Source: Mobula hypostoma
Taxonomy: Eukaryota
Assembly: GCF_963921235.1 (NCBI RefSeq)
Contig: NC_086108.1
Location: 36,334,001-36,398,000 of the forward strand
DNA length: 64,000 nt
Reading direction: 5' to 3'
Shown here in pieces: positions 13,047-25,760 of the stretch (positions are counted from its first letter, which is position 1; every line of letters starts with the position of its first letter). The notes below the pieces were generated by a model. The model made no database searches and was not told where the DNA came from. It saw only the letters and a program-made list of their open reading frames with translations. Position numbers and translations under genes: made by a program.

Positions 13047-14531
13047 CTAGACAATGGGGTGACCCGTTGGGGCACCCTTTGAGAGAAGGGTAGTGCAGTC
13101 TGATATGAGCAGAATGAACATTAAATTTTCCTGAGTGCTATTGGTATCGCTTTGCTTTGGAAACCGAAGTAGAAAACCTCAGTTTATTAAAGAAGAACGA
13201 CGCGTAGCAAAGCAAATATGGCTGCTCCTCATTTAACGAAGGACACTTTTGATGGCATCATTTCTGGTTTATCTGCCACCTTTGTGTCTCTCGTTGTCAT
13301 TCTGGAGACGTGCAGCCCTTTCAGCCCCATCTCTTCAGCTCTTCTACTGTTTGTTGTTTGTCTCTGATCCTGGAGACGTGCATGCCTCTCCTCCTCTGTC
13401 TCTTCTTCTCTCATCTTTTTTTGTCCTGACTCTTTGATCCTGGAGTTGTGCGGCCTTGGCCTCATCTGATTGTTGTTCTCTCTCTCTCCTTGCCGCTTTC
13501 CGACGACGTTTGGCATCATCCCTTGATCATAATGTCCCCCTTCCCTTTCCATGCGGCATAATTAGGCTGACCATTTTTTTTTACCCTAATGCTGTATAGA
13601 AGATACGAAGCACTAACACCAAAGGATGCTGATTATTCTTGATGATGTGGTTGGCGCTCTTCTAAATGGACGTGATATAGTCACCGCTGTCCTTTGATTG
13701 TAGCAAAGGGTTTTATGGGTGTCTCGAAGTACGTCATTACAATAAGATTTAATTATCTCTTATTGATGGGTGGTAGTTAGATCTGTCCAATCCTGCACAT
13801 ACTGATGGTGATTTGCAGAATGTGACCCCTTGCAGTCCCTCTCCCTCCCTTGCCCCACCCCAGTTTCACTCTGCCCCATCCCCCAGCTGCCTATCACCTC
13901 ACTCATGGTTCCGCCTCCTTCTACTACTCATTGTGCTTTTCCCTATTCCTTCTTCACCTTTCCTGCCTATCCCCTCCCTGCTTCCCCTCCCCCACCTCTT
14001 TATCTTTCCCCTTACTGGTTTTTTCACCTGGAACCTACCAGCCTTCTTCTTCCCACCCTCCCCCCACTTTCTTTATAGGGCCTCTGCCCCTTCCCCCTTC
14101 AGTCCTGATGAAGGGTTCCGGCCCGAAATGTTCACTGATTGTTTCCACGGATGCTGTCCGATCTGCTGAGTTCCTCCAGCGTGTTGTGAGTGTTGCTTTG
14201 ACCCCAGCATCTGCAGAGTATTTTGTGCCCTTGAAATAGAGCTGCCCTGCCCATTTGCATGTCACTGCTGAGGCTGGCGTGCTCATGCGTCGGGCTGTCG
14301 CATCCCGATTTTCATGATGGCCGATTGGCGCTCAGTTGAAAGGCAGCCTGTTGATTTTTGGCGAATGAGCAATTTTATAGGAATATATAACCCTGAACTT
14401 TGCCTGCATTCTGTAAGTTAGCGCATTTTAATTTGATGTAGCCAAAAAAAGTACTGCTGTAATGCAGCGTTTGTGCTGATTGGAGGTTACAAACAGACAG
14501 ACAGAGCATGAGAGTTTTAGTAGTATATAGA
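13047..14531 (-). mobile_element. Non-autonomous Helitron inside the L1 inter-ORF region
   Basis: Minus strand reads A|TCTATATACTACTAAAA...hairpin gggtgccccaacgggtcaccc...CTAG|T with no TSD. Residual peptide EETEEERHARLQDQRQ resembles Helitron N-terminal repeats. Confidence 0.85.
13830..14225 (+). mobile_element. Penelope-derived 3'-end fragment nested in the Helitron
   Basis: Pyrimidine-rich tract, then agtcctgatgaagggttccggcccgaaa and ctgctgagttcctccagc...agcatctgcaga. Confidence 0.7.
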
Positions 14532-16964
14532 TGAGAGCTGCTTTGCCTTTCTAATTTGTTGGTGCTAGAGGGGCTCGGTTAATGTTCAGCGTTTGACATT
14601 GCTGAGTGACACTCACAGATGTTACAAAGTAAAGGGTTGAATGCGAGGGCGGGTGGGAAGGGGGTAACTCAGGGCTCCACCACCAACTTACAACAACAGA
14701 TCCAGGGGAAGATGAGCAACACAGATAAATTAGAAAGTCTTGCTATTGTATCGTTTAATGTTAGAGGATTAAAGTCTCCCTACAAGCATTCAAAGGTTTT
14801 AGATTTCTTATGCAGAAAGAAAATAGATATCGCGCTGTTACAGGAAACACATCTTAAACCTAATGACATTCCCAGGGTTCAAAACCACTTTTATAAACCC
14901 GTTGTGGCATCAGCTGATGGTACTCATATGAAAGGAGTTATGATATTAATGAGACGTAGTATTAATGTATCAATTGAAAGGACTGGCGCCGACAATGAAG
15001 GACGTCTAGCTTTTTGCTGTACATCCATTCAGGGTAAAAAAGTTGCATTCATTAGCCCATGTGCCCCAACTATATTTGAGGTTGAATTTTTTCCCTCAAT
15101 TACCTCACAATCCCTGAAGTTAAGTGACAACCAACTTAAAAGTTGGTTCAGACATGAATACTTTGGTAAACAAAAACCTTGATAAATCTTCCTCAACTAT
15201 ATCAAGCTCTCAAGAATCTGCTTCCAAAGCACTTAACTTTTTTCTAACAAATTTAAATTTGCCTGATGTGTGGAGGGTGCATACTCCATCTGCTAAAGAC
15301 TATACCTTCTTCTCCACAAGACATAAAACTTTCTCTTGGACAGATTACATTCTTATATCCTCCGGTTTGCTGCCTTTGGTACACTCAATAGAATTTTTGC
15401 CCAGACATCTATCTGATCACAACCCAGTCATATCTACTTCTAATTATGGCAGAATTAAAAATAAGGCTACTAGTTGGAGCTTCTAAAAAATGATGAATTT
15501 CTAACACAACTGAGAACAAAACTGACGGAATTTATAAATTTGAATAAAAATAGTGTCTCGGATGTGAAAGTGATTTGGGCCTCCATCAAGGGTTTCTTAC
15601 GAAATAATGCCATATGGTTCAGTTACCATTTACATAAAAGCCGGCTTCAGAAGATTTCCACCCTAGAAGAAGAATGTAAGGTTTTGGAGAATGATCTCAA
15701 AAGGAGATACACCATAAAAACAGAAAACGAGCTCAAAACAAAACAAGCAGAATTAAATGATTTATTAAGAAGCAGGGCGGAATATATGATCCATATAACC
15801 AAACATAAGTATTATGCAGAAGGCAGCAGACCGAGCCATTTTTGGCACTAATGCTCAAACAACAGGAAGCTAAAAGGTCTATACTAGCGATTAGATGTGC
15901 TAAACATGGAGTAGTATCTTCAACAAAGGAGATAAACGAGACATTCAAGAATTACTTTAAAGAACTGTATACAAGTGGCTCAGTTCCTTCTGAGAATGAC
16001 TTCGCAGATTTTTTTTAGTGGATTAGACCTCCCTATGTTGTCATTAGAGGACACCAAAGCTCTAGACTCTTCTATTACACTGGATGAGCTACTTAAAGCA
16101 GTCAAAGCTACAAATAAGGGCCATACGCCAGGTATAGATGGCATACCTGTGGGACTTTACCTAGCGTTTTGGGATATTCTTGGACCAGTATGGTTAGAAA
16201 CATTAAACTATGCTTTTGAAAATGGCACTTTCCATAGAGATCGAAACACAGCCCTGATCACAGTTATACCTAAGCCTGGTAAGGACCCCTTGGAGTGTGC
16301 CAATTACCGTCCAATCTCCTTGATATTTTCCAAAGTCCTAGCCAGTAGACTTGAGACAGTAGTTGGGAAAATAATTAGCCCAGGTCAAACGGGCTTTATC
16401 AGGGGACGTCTGGCATCTGATATATTCACCGGCTCTTACACGTACTGAGTGCAACATATAAAATCCTGCCTGCCTGTGACCTGCTATTTCTAGAAGCAGA
16501 GAAAGCATTCGATCGCCTTGAATGGCCATATCTTTGGAGAGTTCTAAAAGAATTTAAGTTCGGCGATAAATTTATCAATATGATTCAAACACTGTATGCT
16601 AATCCTTCAGCCTGGGTATGTGTGCCAGGAGGTTTCTCAGAGTTATTTGATATAGGATGGGGCACACTACATGGGGACCCTTTGTCTCCTTTAATTTTTA
16701 CTGTATCTATTGAACCACTTTCACATTTAATTAGAAACTCTCCTCAGATCTCCCCTATTGCAATAGGTACAACATCACATTCGATATCACTTTACACAGA
16801 TGACACACTAGTTTATATGGCAAATATGCAACAAACTTTCCCCTATGTTTTAAAAACACGAGCAATTTGAAAATCTTTCCGGACACAAAGTTAATTTGTC
16901 AAAATCAGCGCTGATGCTGATTAATAACAGGTAAATCTGTATAAATGATGCTGACTAATACAGA

Positions 16965-17725
16965 TGATCCAGCAGGTGGTGCGGCACGGCAGCAGTGGCC
17001 TTTCGGATCTGGTGCTACTTTAATTTAGTTTTTAAATTTAATTTTAAGGCACAATTAGGGTTTAGGGCAATGGATAACAGAGCAACTATCTACCATCGCC
17101 AGATACTGCTACAATACAGAGATTACCCAAAAACAAACCTTCATGAAGATCTGCTGTTTAAATTGCACGACCTCATCTTGCTGAGGGAATTGGGCCTGCA
17201 GTCCTCGGAGTGGCCTGATGCCGGTGGCCGGAGGTGGGGACGTCGTAAGCGTGTGCGAGGAAGCGGAAGCGAGGCGAGTGGGCAGGAGTCTATGCCAGGA
17301 AAAAATGCAAGCCATAGCCGGCTGGCTCTCCCGTCCATTCTGCTCTCCAATGGACATTAAATTGGACTGCATCCGACTCTAACGAAATACTCAGCGGGAG
17401 TACAGAAACGGATGGAATCCCGGACTCAGCTGTTTATTTATGTAACAGTTTTTCCCCCCAAGCCATCGGACTACCAGCCTTCTGCCCTCTGCTGTACCTA
17501 TTGTCTTGTTTATCATTTATTGTAATGCCTGCACTGTTCTGTGTACTTTATGCAGTCCTGGGTAGGTCTGTAGTCTAGTGTAGTTTTTGTGTTGTTTTAC
17601 GTAGTTCAGTGTAGTTTTTGTATTGTTTCATGTAGCACCATGGTCCTGAAAAACGTTGTCTTGTTTTTACTGTGTACTGTACTAGCAGTTATGGTCGAAA
17701 TGACGATAAAAAGTGACTTGACTTG
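16965..17725 (+). mobile_element. Internally deleted Rex1/Babar derivative nested in L1 ORF2
   Basis: RRKRVR...RLALPSILLSN (Rex1 N-terminus) joined to a 3' UTR ending in a (gactt)n tail; L1 ORF2 resumes afterwards. Confidence 0.65.
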
Positions 17726-18880
17726 ATAAAAGTAAGGTGTCTCTCCTTCTCCAGCTAAGGTTACAAATGAGGTCCTCTACTTGGGTAGTAAAGTTAATAC
17801 TTCCCTATCGCCTGTGGCTAAAACAAATTACTCTTTAATTTTGAAAAAAATAGAAGATATTAATAGATGGAGACACCTGCCACCATCAGTCCCAGCCCAT
17901 ATATCGGTCATTAAAATGAACATCTTACCCTGCATTGATTTTATCGGCTCAATGATCCCACTTGCGCCTTCAGCAGGATATTGGCAAAAATTGGACTCTT
18001 TACTATGATGCTATGTTTGGAACAGTAAACAACCCAATATAAAGTGGTTAGCTCTACAATTCAAAAAGTCAGATGGGGGATTGGCATGTCCAAATTTTAA
18101 ATTTTATCACTGGGCATTTGTCTTAGCTATTGGATGGAGGAGGATAAAGTTTTGTCATGGAAAAATATAGAACAAGAGCTAATAGCACCAATAAGGTTGA
18201 AGGACTTTCTCCTTATAGGTATGTCTACCAAAAAATGTGATTTGTATTACGGTCCAATTTTAACCCATATGCTACAAGTTAGAGCAGCAGAAAAATTCCT
18301 AAAATTTAAAAGCGTATGGTGCAAATCATCTCCATTATGGAACAATAATCATCTTCTAACTGGAGAGAAACCATTCACTAACAGAACTTGAGAGGATAAA
18401 GGTATTACTACTCTTCAAGATATTAATGGGGCAAGTACTATCCTTAACTTTCAAGAACTGGTATCTCGATATAATATTGATAAACACTCTCTTTTCTTCT
18501 ACTTCAGAGTAAGATCAGCGTGTAAAGCCTATGGGGTTACCTGGGGGTCAGATTTAAAGGACCAAACCATTTTAAGTTGGATACAGAGTGCTCCAGGACA
18601 GATAGTGTCATATATCTATGATAAATTAAACTCCCAGAAATATATGCCCATATCAGGAATGAAAGCCTGGGATAGGGACATATCTGAATTGGGACAAGAC
18701 TAGACTGGGATGTGATTTGGGATAATGCTGCCGGTGCTTCGAAAAACCCAAATCATCAGTATATACACTTGAAATTTTGTCATAGAGCATATTTAACACC
18801 GAGAATTAGACATCAAATGGGACTGGTTCCTGATCCATATTGCTCATTTTGTTCCCAAAGAGCCATTGGCTCTTATATAT

Positions 18881-19066
18881 AAGCAACACACATCAAAGTT
18901 GCTGGTGAACGCAGCAGGCCAGGCAGTATCTCTAGGAAGAGGTACAGTCGACGTTTCAGGCGAGACTGTACCTCTTCCTAGAGATGCTGCCTGGCCTGCT
19001 GCGTTCACCAGCAACTTTGATGTGTGTTGCTTGAATTTCCAGCATCTGCAGAATTCCTCTTGTTTG
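18881..19066. mobile_element. Mini inverted Penelope 3'-end insertion nested in L1
   Basis: ~70-bp near-perfect palindrome of the Penelope terminus; imperfect duplication ttggctctt(a/t)ta on both sides. Confidence 0.85.
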
Positions 19067-20441
19067 GCTCTTTTATACATGTTGAATGGGAATGTCCAGG
19101 GGTTTTTGATTTGTGGGGGAAGGTTATCAGTACTCTTACAGAACTAATGGGGGTACAATTACCAATGGACCCTGCTGTACGTCTTCTTAATGGTGACTCT
19201 CACCTTTCCCTTACGGAAAAAAACACGCAAAGTCTGGCTGGCAGGCCTGACTGCAGCTAAGAAGGTTGTAGTCCTGTTGGAAACCTCCTCATGATATTTC
19301 AAGTACTCACTGGCTTCGGAGCTCTTTGGACATTTCTTACCTGGAACTATCATCAGCAAGAGTAAATGATGCATGACCAAACACAATCTTAATGTGGACA
19401 AATTTGATATCTAACTTAAAAGATCTTCTGTTAAAATAGGAATGCTCTGTCTGTGTATGCACTGCTATTCAGTTGGTTGGTGGAGGGGAGAGGGGCGGAG
19501 AGGGGGGTGGGGATGAAGAAGAGGTGGGAAGGATGGTGATGTAGGTTGGGGGTGGCTGGGTTAAACAGTTAAAATGTAATCGGCAACTGGTTGTATTGAA
19601 TGCAATTTGTTGGTGTTGCAATAAAAAATTAGTGATTTTAAAAAAAAGAAAATTAAAGAAGAGTAATTAGAAGCTGTATCTTCACCTATGACTGGGGGAG
19701 TAAGTAATTCCTATCACATGGAGAAGTTGAGGCAACAGACTAGTTTTGAAAGGAAGCAAGATAATGAGGGAAACGTGAGATTTGTTGCTGCCTATATTGC
19801 AATATTATGAGTGGGTTGTGAACATGATGGACAAAGTCAGTATGCCTATACTCTACATTCATGGGTCTGTAAATAACATTCACTGAATGAACAATTTGCG
19901 TACAAGGACATACAAATATCTGTCCTTGCCACCCTTCACTTCATATAATACTTCATATTTCACTTCATGGACTCAAGTGTTCTTTCCAGATGAAGCTGCA
20001 GTTCACTTGTACTTCCAATTCACTGGGGTATTGTTAATGAGGAAATTGCCAATTCAGTTGGCAAGTTAGCCTGGCAGAGACTGCTGTTCAAATACATAGT
20101 TTATCATATAAACCAAAACTATTCTACTATCTACATCGAGAATGCTTTTCTCTTGAAATTCAAATGCTCTTCAGAATTTTTGTGAGTGTTATTTTGTGAG
20201 CTTAGGCTTGCCTGTTATGTTTTCTGGAAGCAGGTTATTGTCTAAAATTCTCAAATATTGCTGAATGTTTCTTGATTCACGTTTGCAAAAGTGAAACTTG
20301 TGCAAGTCATGAATGCTTTGTTCTTCCCTGTGATTGTCTTTTCAGAAGCCACTGCAAAAAAATTGCATTCCAAATTTTTTTTAGGCTAGCAATACCAGAG
20401 AATTTCAGACTGTCTTAACTTTTACACATCATATCTTTCAG

Positions 20442-20499
20442 GAAGGTGCTTCAGCTAGAAAAGCTCAAACTCCTGCTGTTCAGCCTGTTCCACGACCAG
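20442..20499 (+). CDS. CDC73: CDC73/parafibromin internal exon (58 bp, equivalent to human exon 11)
   Basis: tttcag|GAAGGT...CGACCAG|gtaaaa. Translates EGASARKAQTPAVQPVPRP, matching vertebrate parafibromin EGASARKTQTPAAQPVPRP; phase joins the next exon. Confidence 0.95.
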
Positions 20500-21349
20500 G
20501 TAAAAACATTCATGAAATATTTTTGTTTTATTTTCTTGAGTGAATTTATGCGTAGACATTGTTGTAATTCTTGGTTCATGTAACCGTCTCCATTTTGTTT
20601 CCTTTAATGAATACTGTTGATGCTTGGATGGAAAATAAAATCAGATTTGAATGAACATTTTGTTTGTGAAAAGAAGCCAATATCCTAACAGAATAAATAA
20701 AGCCCAAAAATCATTCAGTGCCTAGACAAAAAGTATCCAAGGAATTACACAAAAGCAATTCAGCTGCAGTCAATCTGTGGTTTAATGTCCCTTAGCTTGT
20801 TATTAGTGCTTCCTCTTAAACTCTCAAAGTATTAAAGTTAAAGGGAAAAATGGATAGATTAACCTGGCCCTTATGAAAATTCAGAACTTTTTATTTAAGC
20901 ATCTTCACAATATAATCTGCTGAGAATTTTAATTTTTGGTGTAATTAATATTTTTGTGTGCCTGTTACATGGATTGAATATTTCTAATATGTTAGGAGTA
21001 AGGATGAAGCGATATAGAGAAGCAACAATAAGCTATTTGAGCCCTCATGATTGATAAATATATGGTTGTTCTATCCATCTTAATGTCTAAAAAGTTTATC
21101 AAATCTCAGTCCTCAATTTATAATAAATGACTGAGGATTTACAACTCTTTGGGACAGAGAATTCTAAAAGTTTCATGGCATTTGAGTCAAGAAATCTTTC
21201 CCCATTCCAACCTAATCCCACATTTTATATTACTCAACTAAGGAAAATGCCGATCTGGTATCAACTCTTTCAAGCTTGTTTCGTTGAGATCACCTCAGAG
21301 GGAATGTAGATTCATTCAGGTCTTGGGAATGTGCCTTTATCCCAGCAAT

Positions 21350-22040
21350 TAGATTAGATCAGATTATGAGGACACAGTCCTCTTTTATTGTCATTTAGTA
21401 ATGCATGCATTAAGAAATTATACAATATTCCTCCAGTATGATATCACAGAAACACAAGACAAACCAAGACTGAAAAACTGACAAAAACCACACATAATTA
21501 TAACATATAGTTACAACAGTGCGAAGCAATACCGTTACTTGATAAAGAACAGACCATGGGCACGGTAAAAAAAAGTCTCAAAGTCTTTCGAAAGTCCCAT
21601 CATCTCACGCAGACGGTAGAAGGAAGAAAAACTCTCCCTTTCCATGAGCCTCCAGCGCCGCAAACTTGCTGATGCAACATCTTGGAAGCACCCGACCAGA
21701 ACTGACTCTTGAGTCCGTCCGAAAACTTCGAGCCTCCGACCAGCCCTCCAACACCGAGCACCAAGCACCATCTCTGCCAAGCGCTTCGACCCTGACCCCG
21801 GCCTTGGCAACAGGCAATAGGCAAAGCTGAGGATTTGGGACCTTCTGCTCCGGAGATTCTCGATCGCACAGTAGCAGTGGCAGCGAAGTGGGCATTTCAG
21901 AAGTTTCTCCAGATGTTCCTCTGTGCTTCTCATGTCTGTCTCCATCAAATCAGGATTGTGCACGGTACCTACTTAACAAATACCGATATCATTTCGGAGC
22001 GGCTGCGCGCGCTGTGTCGCGTCGCCATCTTCTCCTCCCC
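21350..22040 (-). mobile_element. Non-autonomous LINE-derived element (~690 bp), related to 39884-40535
   Basis: Minus-strand start GAAGATGGCG; 3' aataaa plus short tandem tail; clear similarity to the copy at 39884-40535. Confidence 0.6.
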
Positions 22041-22734
22041 TCCTCCCGTCTTGACTGGAAGCCCAACCTTGCATGCATTTGCTTGCATAAAGAAATTAAA
22101 CTATATTTAGAACTCCAGGCATATTTCCATATGATTGAGTTTTGTACTTAAGTAAATTTGTTACTAAAACTAACTTATCAATTGCTTTCCCAATTGTTTG
22201 TTGTATATGTGTGTTAATTGCTTGTTCATGTATCACAATGCTCAGGTTTCCATTGATTGCCAAATTTCTCAGAACTTTGCCTATATTTATACCAAAGTGA
22301 ATAACTCAAGTGAATCACATTCTATTCCAGATAGTGTGCGATGTAGTTTCCCATTTATTTAACACAGAATCAGGATCAGGTTTAACATCACTAGCATATG
22401 TCATGAAATTTGTTTTGCAGCAGCAGTACTTGCTGTACATAATAATAAAAAATCTAAATTACAATAAATATTATTCAAAATTAAATAAGCAGTGGAGAAA
22501 GACAGGAAGAAAAAAATTAATTCTCCATTTAGAAATCTGATGACTGAGGGGAAGAAGCTGTTCCTGATACACTGGTGTGTGTCCTCATGCTCCTTTATGT
22601 CCTTCTTGATGTCTGCAATGAGAAGAGGGCATGTCCTGGGTGATGGGAGTCATTAATGATGGATGCTGCATTTTGGAATATCCTTGATGCTGGGAAGGCT
22701 AGTGCCCATGATGGAGCTGGTTGGGTTTACAACC

Positions 22735-24300
22735 TTGTTTTCTGCATTAATTATTCATAAAATGTGGTCTCATCTTCATCTTCATCTAAGTCACAATAAT
22801 AGACAAATAATCTGTAAACTAATAACACGCAAACAATTGTACTTTTCATGTCTTTATCGAACACATTGCTTAATCATTCACAGTCCAGGCTGGAAAAAGT
22901 ATGTGAACCCTTGTATTTAATAACTAGTAGAACCTCCTTTAGCAGCAATAACCTTCACCAAATGTTTCTTGTAACCGCTTATCAGACTTGCACAACGACG
23001 AGGAGGAACTTGAGACCATTCTTCCATACAAAACTCTTTTAGTTCATCAGTATTTCTGGGATACCTTACATGTACAGTTTTCTTCAGGTCATGTTACAAT
23101 ATCTCAATTGGATTAAGGTCTGAACTCTGACTTGGCCATACCAAAACAGGAAATTTCTTCTTTTAAAGCTATTCTGTTGTTGATTTACTGTTGTGTTTCA
23201 GATCATTGTTGCATCATCCAACTTCTATTAATTTTCAAGTGACTGACTGCTACCTTGATATTCTCCTGTAAAATGTCTTGATTTCATTCTTCCGTCAATG
23301 ATTGCAAGCTGTCCAGGCCCTGAGACAGCAAAGCAACCACAAACCATGATGCTCCTTCTACTATGCTTCACAGTTGTGATGAGGTTTCGCTGTTGGTGTG
23401 CAGTTCCCTTTTTCCTCCAAACATAGCAGTGTGCATTTCTGCCAAAAAGTTCAATTTTTGTCAGATTTGTCCACAGAACATTGTCCCAGAAGGTTTGAGG
23501 AGCATCTAGGTGGTTGTTTGAAAACTTGAGTTGTGCTGCAATGTTTTTTTTTGGAGAGCAGTGGTTTCCTTTCTGGTATCCTTCCATTAACACTATTTTT
23601 GTTCAGTGTTTTTCTTATAGTGGATACATGAACAGAGACTTTAGCAAGTTCTAGAGATTTCTGCAAGTCTTTTGCTGTTACCCTTGGGTTCTTTTTCACC
23701 TCCTTCAGCATTGCACGTTGTACTCTTGGTATGATATTTACGGGATGCCCACTCCTAGGGAGAGTAGCAACAGTTCTGACTGACTTCCATTTGTAGACAT
23801 TTTCTCTTACTGTGGACTGACGAACACTCAAGTCTTTAGAAATGCTGTTGTAGCCTTTCCCAGCTTCATACATCTCTACAATTCTTCTAAGGCCCTCTGA
23901 AAGTTGTTTTGATTGAGGCACAGTGCACATGAAGCAGATGTTTCTTGAGAAGATATGGCTCTGTCAGTAACCCGACTTTGTGTGTCTTTTTTATAGGATA
24001 GGGCACCTCTACAACCCACACCTCCAATCTCATCTCATTGATTGGAACACCTGACTCCAAAGAGCTTTTGTTGAAGGCATTAACCCAGAAGTTCACACAC
24101 TTTCTGGAAGCTAGACTGTGATAGTTTTAATAGTGTACTCAGTATTGACGAGAAGTACAATTGTTTTGCTTGTTTTTAGTTTAGGCAGATGGTGTTTGTC
24201 TATTGTTGTGACTTAGATGAAGATCAGACCACATTTTATGAGTAATTAATGCAGAAAGCCAGGTAATTGTGAAGGATTCGCAAACTTTTTCTTGATACTG
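22735..24300 (-). mobile_element. Tc1/mariner transposon with long (~200 bp) TIRs and decayed transposase, within Rex1 fragments (22530-22735, 24303-24740)
   Basis: ORFs with HVSTIRKTL, FWDNVLWT..TKIELFG and TVKHS..SIMVCGCF. 22735-22910 is the inverse of ~24090-24265; right end ...ctg|TA. Confidence 0.9.
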
Positions 24301-25209
24301 TATGCATCTTTGCTATCCAGATGTTCCAGGATTGAGTGAAGAGCCAATGAGGTGACCTCTGCTGTGGACCTGTGCTTCAGTAGGCATATTGGAGCAGATC
24401 CAAGTTGCTTCTCAGGCAGGAGTTGTGTTTCATCGCCAACCTCTCAAAACACTTCTTCACTGTGGATATAAGAGCACCAGGGCGATAGTCATTGAGGCAG
24501 GTCACCATGCTCTTCTTGGGCACTAGTATAATTGAAGCCTGCTTGAAGCAGATGGATTCCACACACTGCTGAAACAAGAAATTCAAGATCTTAGTAAATA
24601 CACCAGCCAATTGGTCAGAACAGGTCTTCAGTACATGGCCAGGTACTCCAACCTGTCCAGATACTTTGTGGATTCACCTCTCTGAAGGCAGCTTGCACGT
24701 CAGCTTCGGAGTCCGAGATTGTGGGATCATCAGTGATGTGGGGGTTTGCAATGACAAATGGACAGTAACAGGAGCAGAGGCTAGTGAGTGAAGGGAAAGA
24801 GAAGCAAAAGGAAAGCAAGACAAATACTAAAATATGGCAGAACCTCATCAACTTTTATACCCTAAAGATGAGGAACATTCATTCAAATTTGCAGATGAGA
24901 GGTAACCAGTTAGATGGACCCTATTCATATAATGCAGTGCCAGATAATCTTCCAGAGCTTTCCAGAATCATACAAATGTAACCATTAGGGGACACATTGA
25001 ACAACTGTATATGCATACTATGGCCACTAGGAAACATACTAAACAGTTACATGTATATTGTATCCATGTCAAGTATGAAATAATCAAAAACCATCTAAAT
25101 TATAAAAATATCAAAGGGCATATGTTCTTCAAAGTATTCATAGGATTATATCATGGTTAGTCAGATTAGTAGGCACACTTATGCGAGTTTGAACTATTCT
25201 ATTAGTGAT

Positions 25210-25760
25210 TACCTATAAACAAATAATAAAGACGTAAATTATGATAAGGCATATCAAGACAAATAATTGATTCACCCGAGTTTCCGAGATTTAAATGAAA
25301 CCAATCAAAGAAATCCTATCCATCAGATTGACGTATTTTAGCTATTTCCTTATGGATATGATCAGCCAAATTAGTTATATCTTCAGACTTGTCAGGTATG
25401 TAAGTATATTATTTGCCTATTACTGCACATGTTTCCCCTCCCCACCCTTCCTATGTATGGGCACTATTTCCATTGTTACTTTCCCCAAGGCATCAGCAGT
25501 GCTTGCCATTTCTAAAGCTGCTGCAAAATTTTAAATCTCTCTCGTACTCCTCGCAAATGGGAATAAAATTGATGCAAAACTATCTCCTCCTGAAATGTCT
25601 CGTTTACTTCTAGATTTGGAAGGTAAAGGTAAAGTGTGTTGGTGTGTATGTCACATAGCAAGAAAGACTATAGATAACAAGCTCCTAACCCATTAAATGT
25701 AAGAAAATTGTAGGCTCCATTTCTGCACATGAAGTACATATTGTTCCATGAACATAGACT
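25210..25760 (-). pseudogene. ERV env remnant (SU end, furin site, TM)
   Basis: Read on minus strand: NMYFMCRNGAYNFLTFNGLGACYL; SRSKR|DIS furin site (25600-25611); GETCAVIGK*YTYIPD (degenerate CX6CC motif); hydrophobic LFVLICLIIIYVFIICL. Confidence 0.75.

Larger units (their letters stand above)
11541..19646 (+). mobile_element. Full-length decayed L1-clade LINE (ORF1 + ORF2) with three nested insertions
   Basis: ORF1 ~11680-12594 (EDRSRKNNVRL, RAHR). ORF2 from ~14711 (SFNVRGL, LLQETHL, SDHNP, NYRPISL, YTDD). aataaa and A-tail at 19620-19646. 13-bp TSD agaaaattaaaga at 11528-11540 and 19647-19659. Confidence 0.93.

Noticed and set aside
1..20441. Nested B3GALT2 coding exon
   Set aside because: No glycosyltransferase-like ORF on either strand
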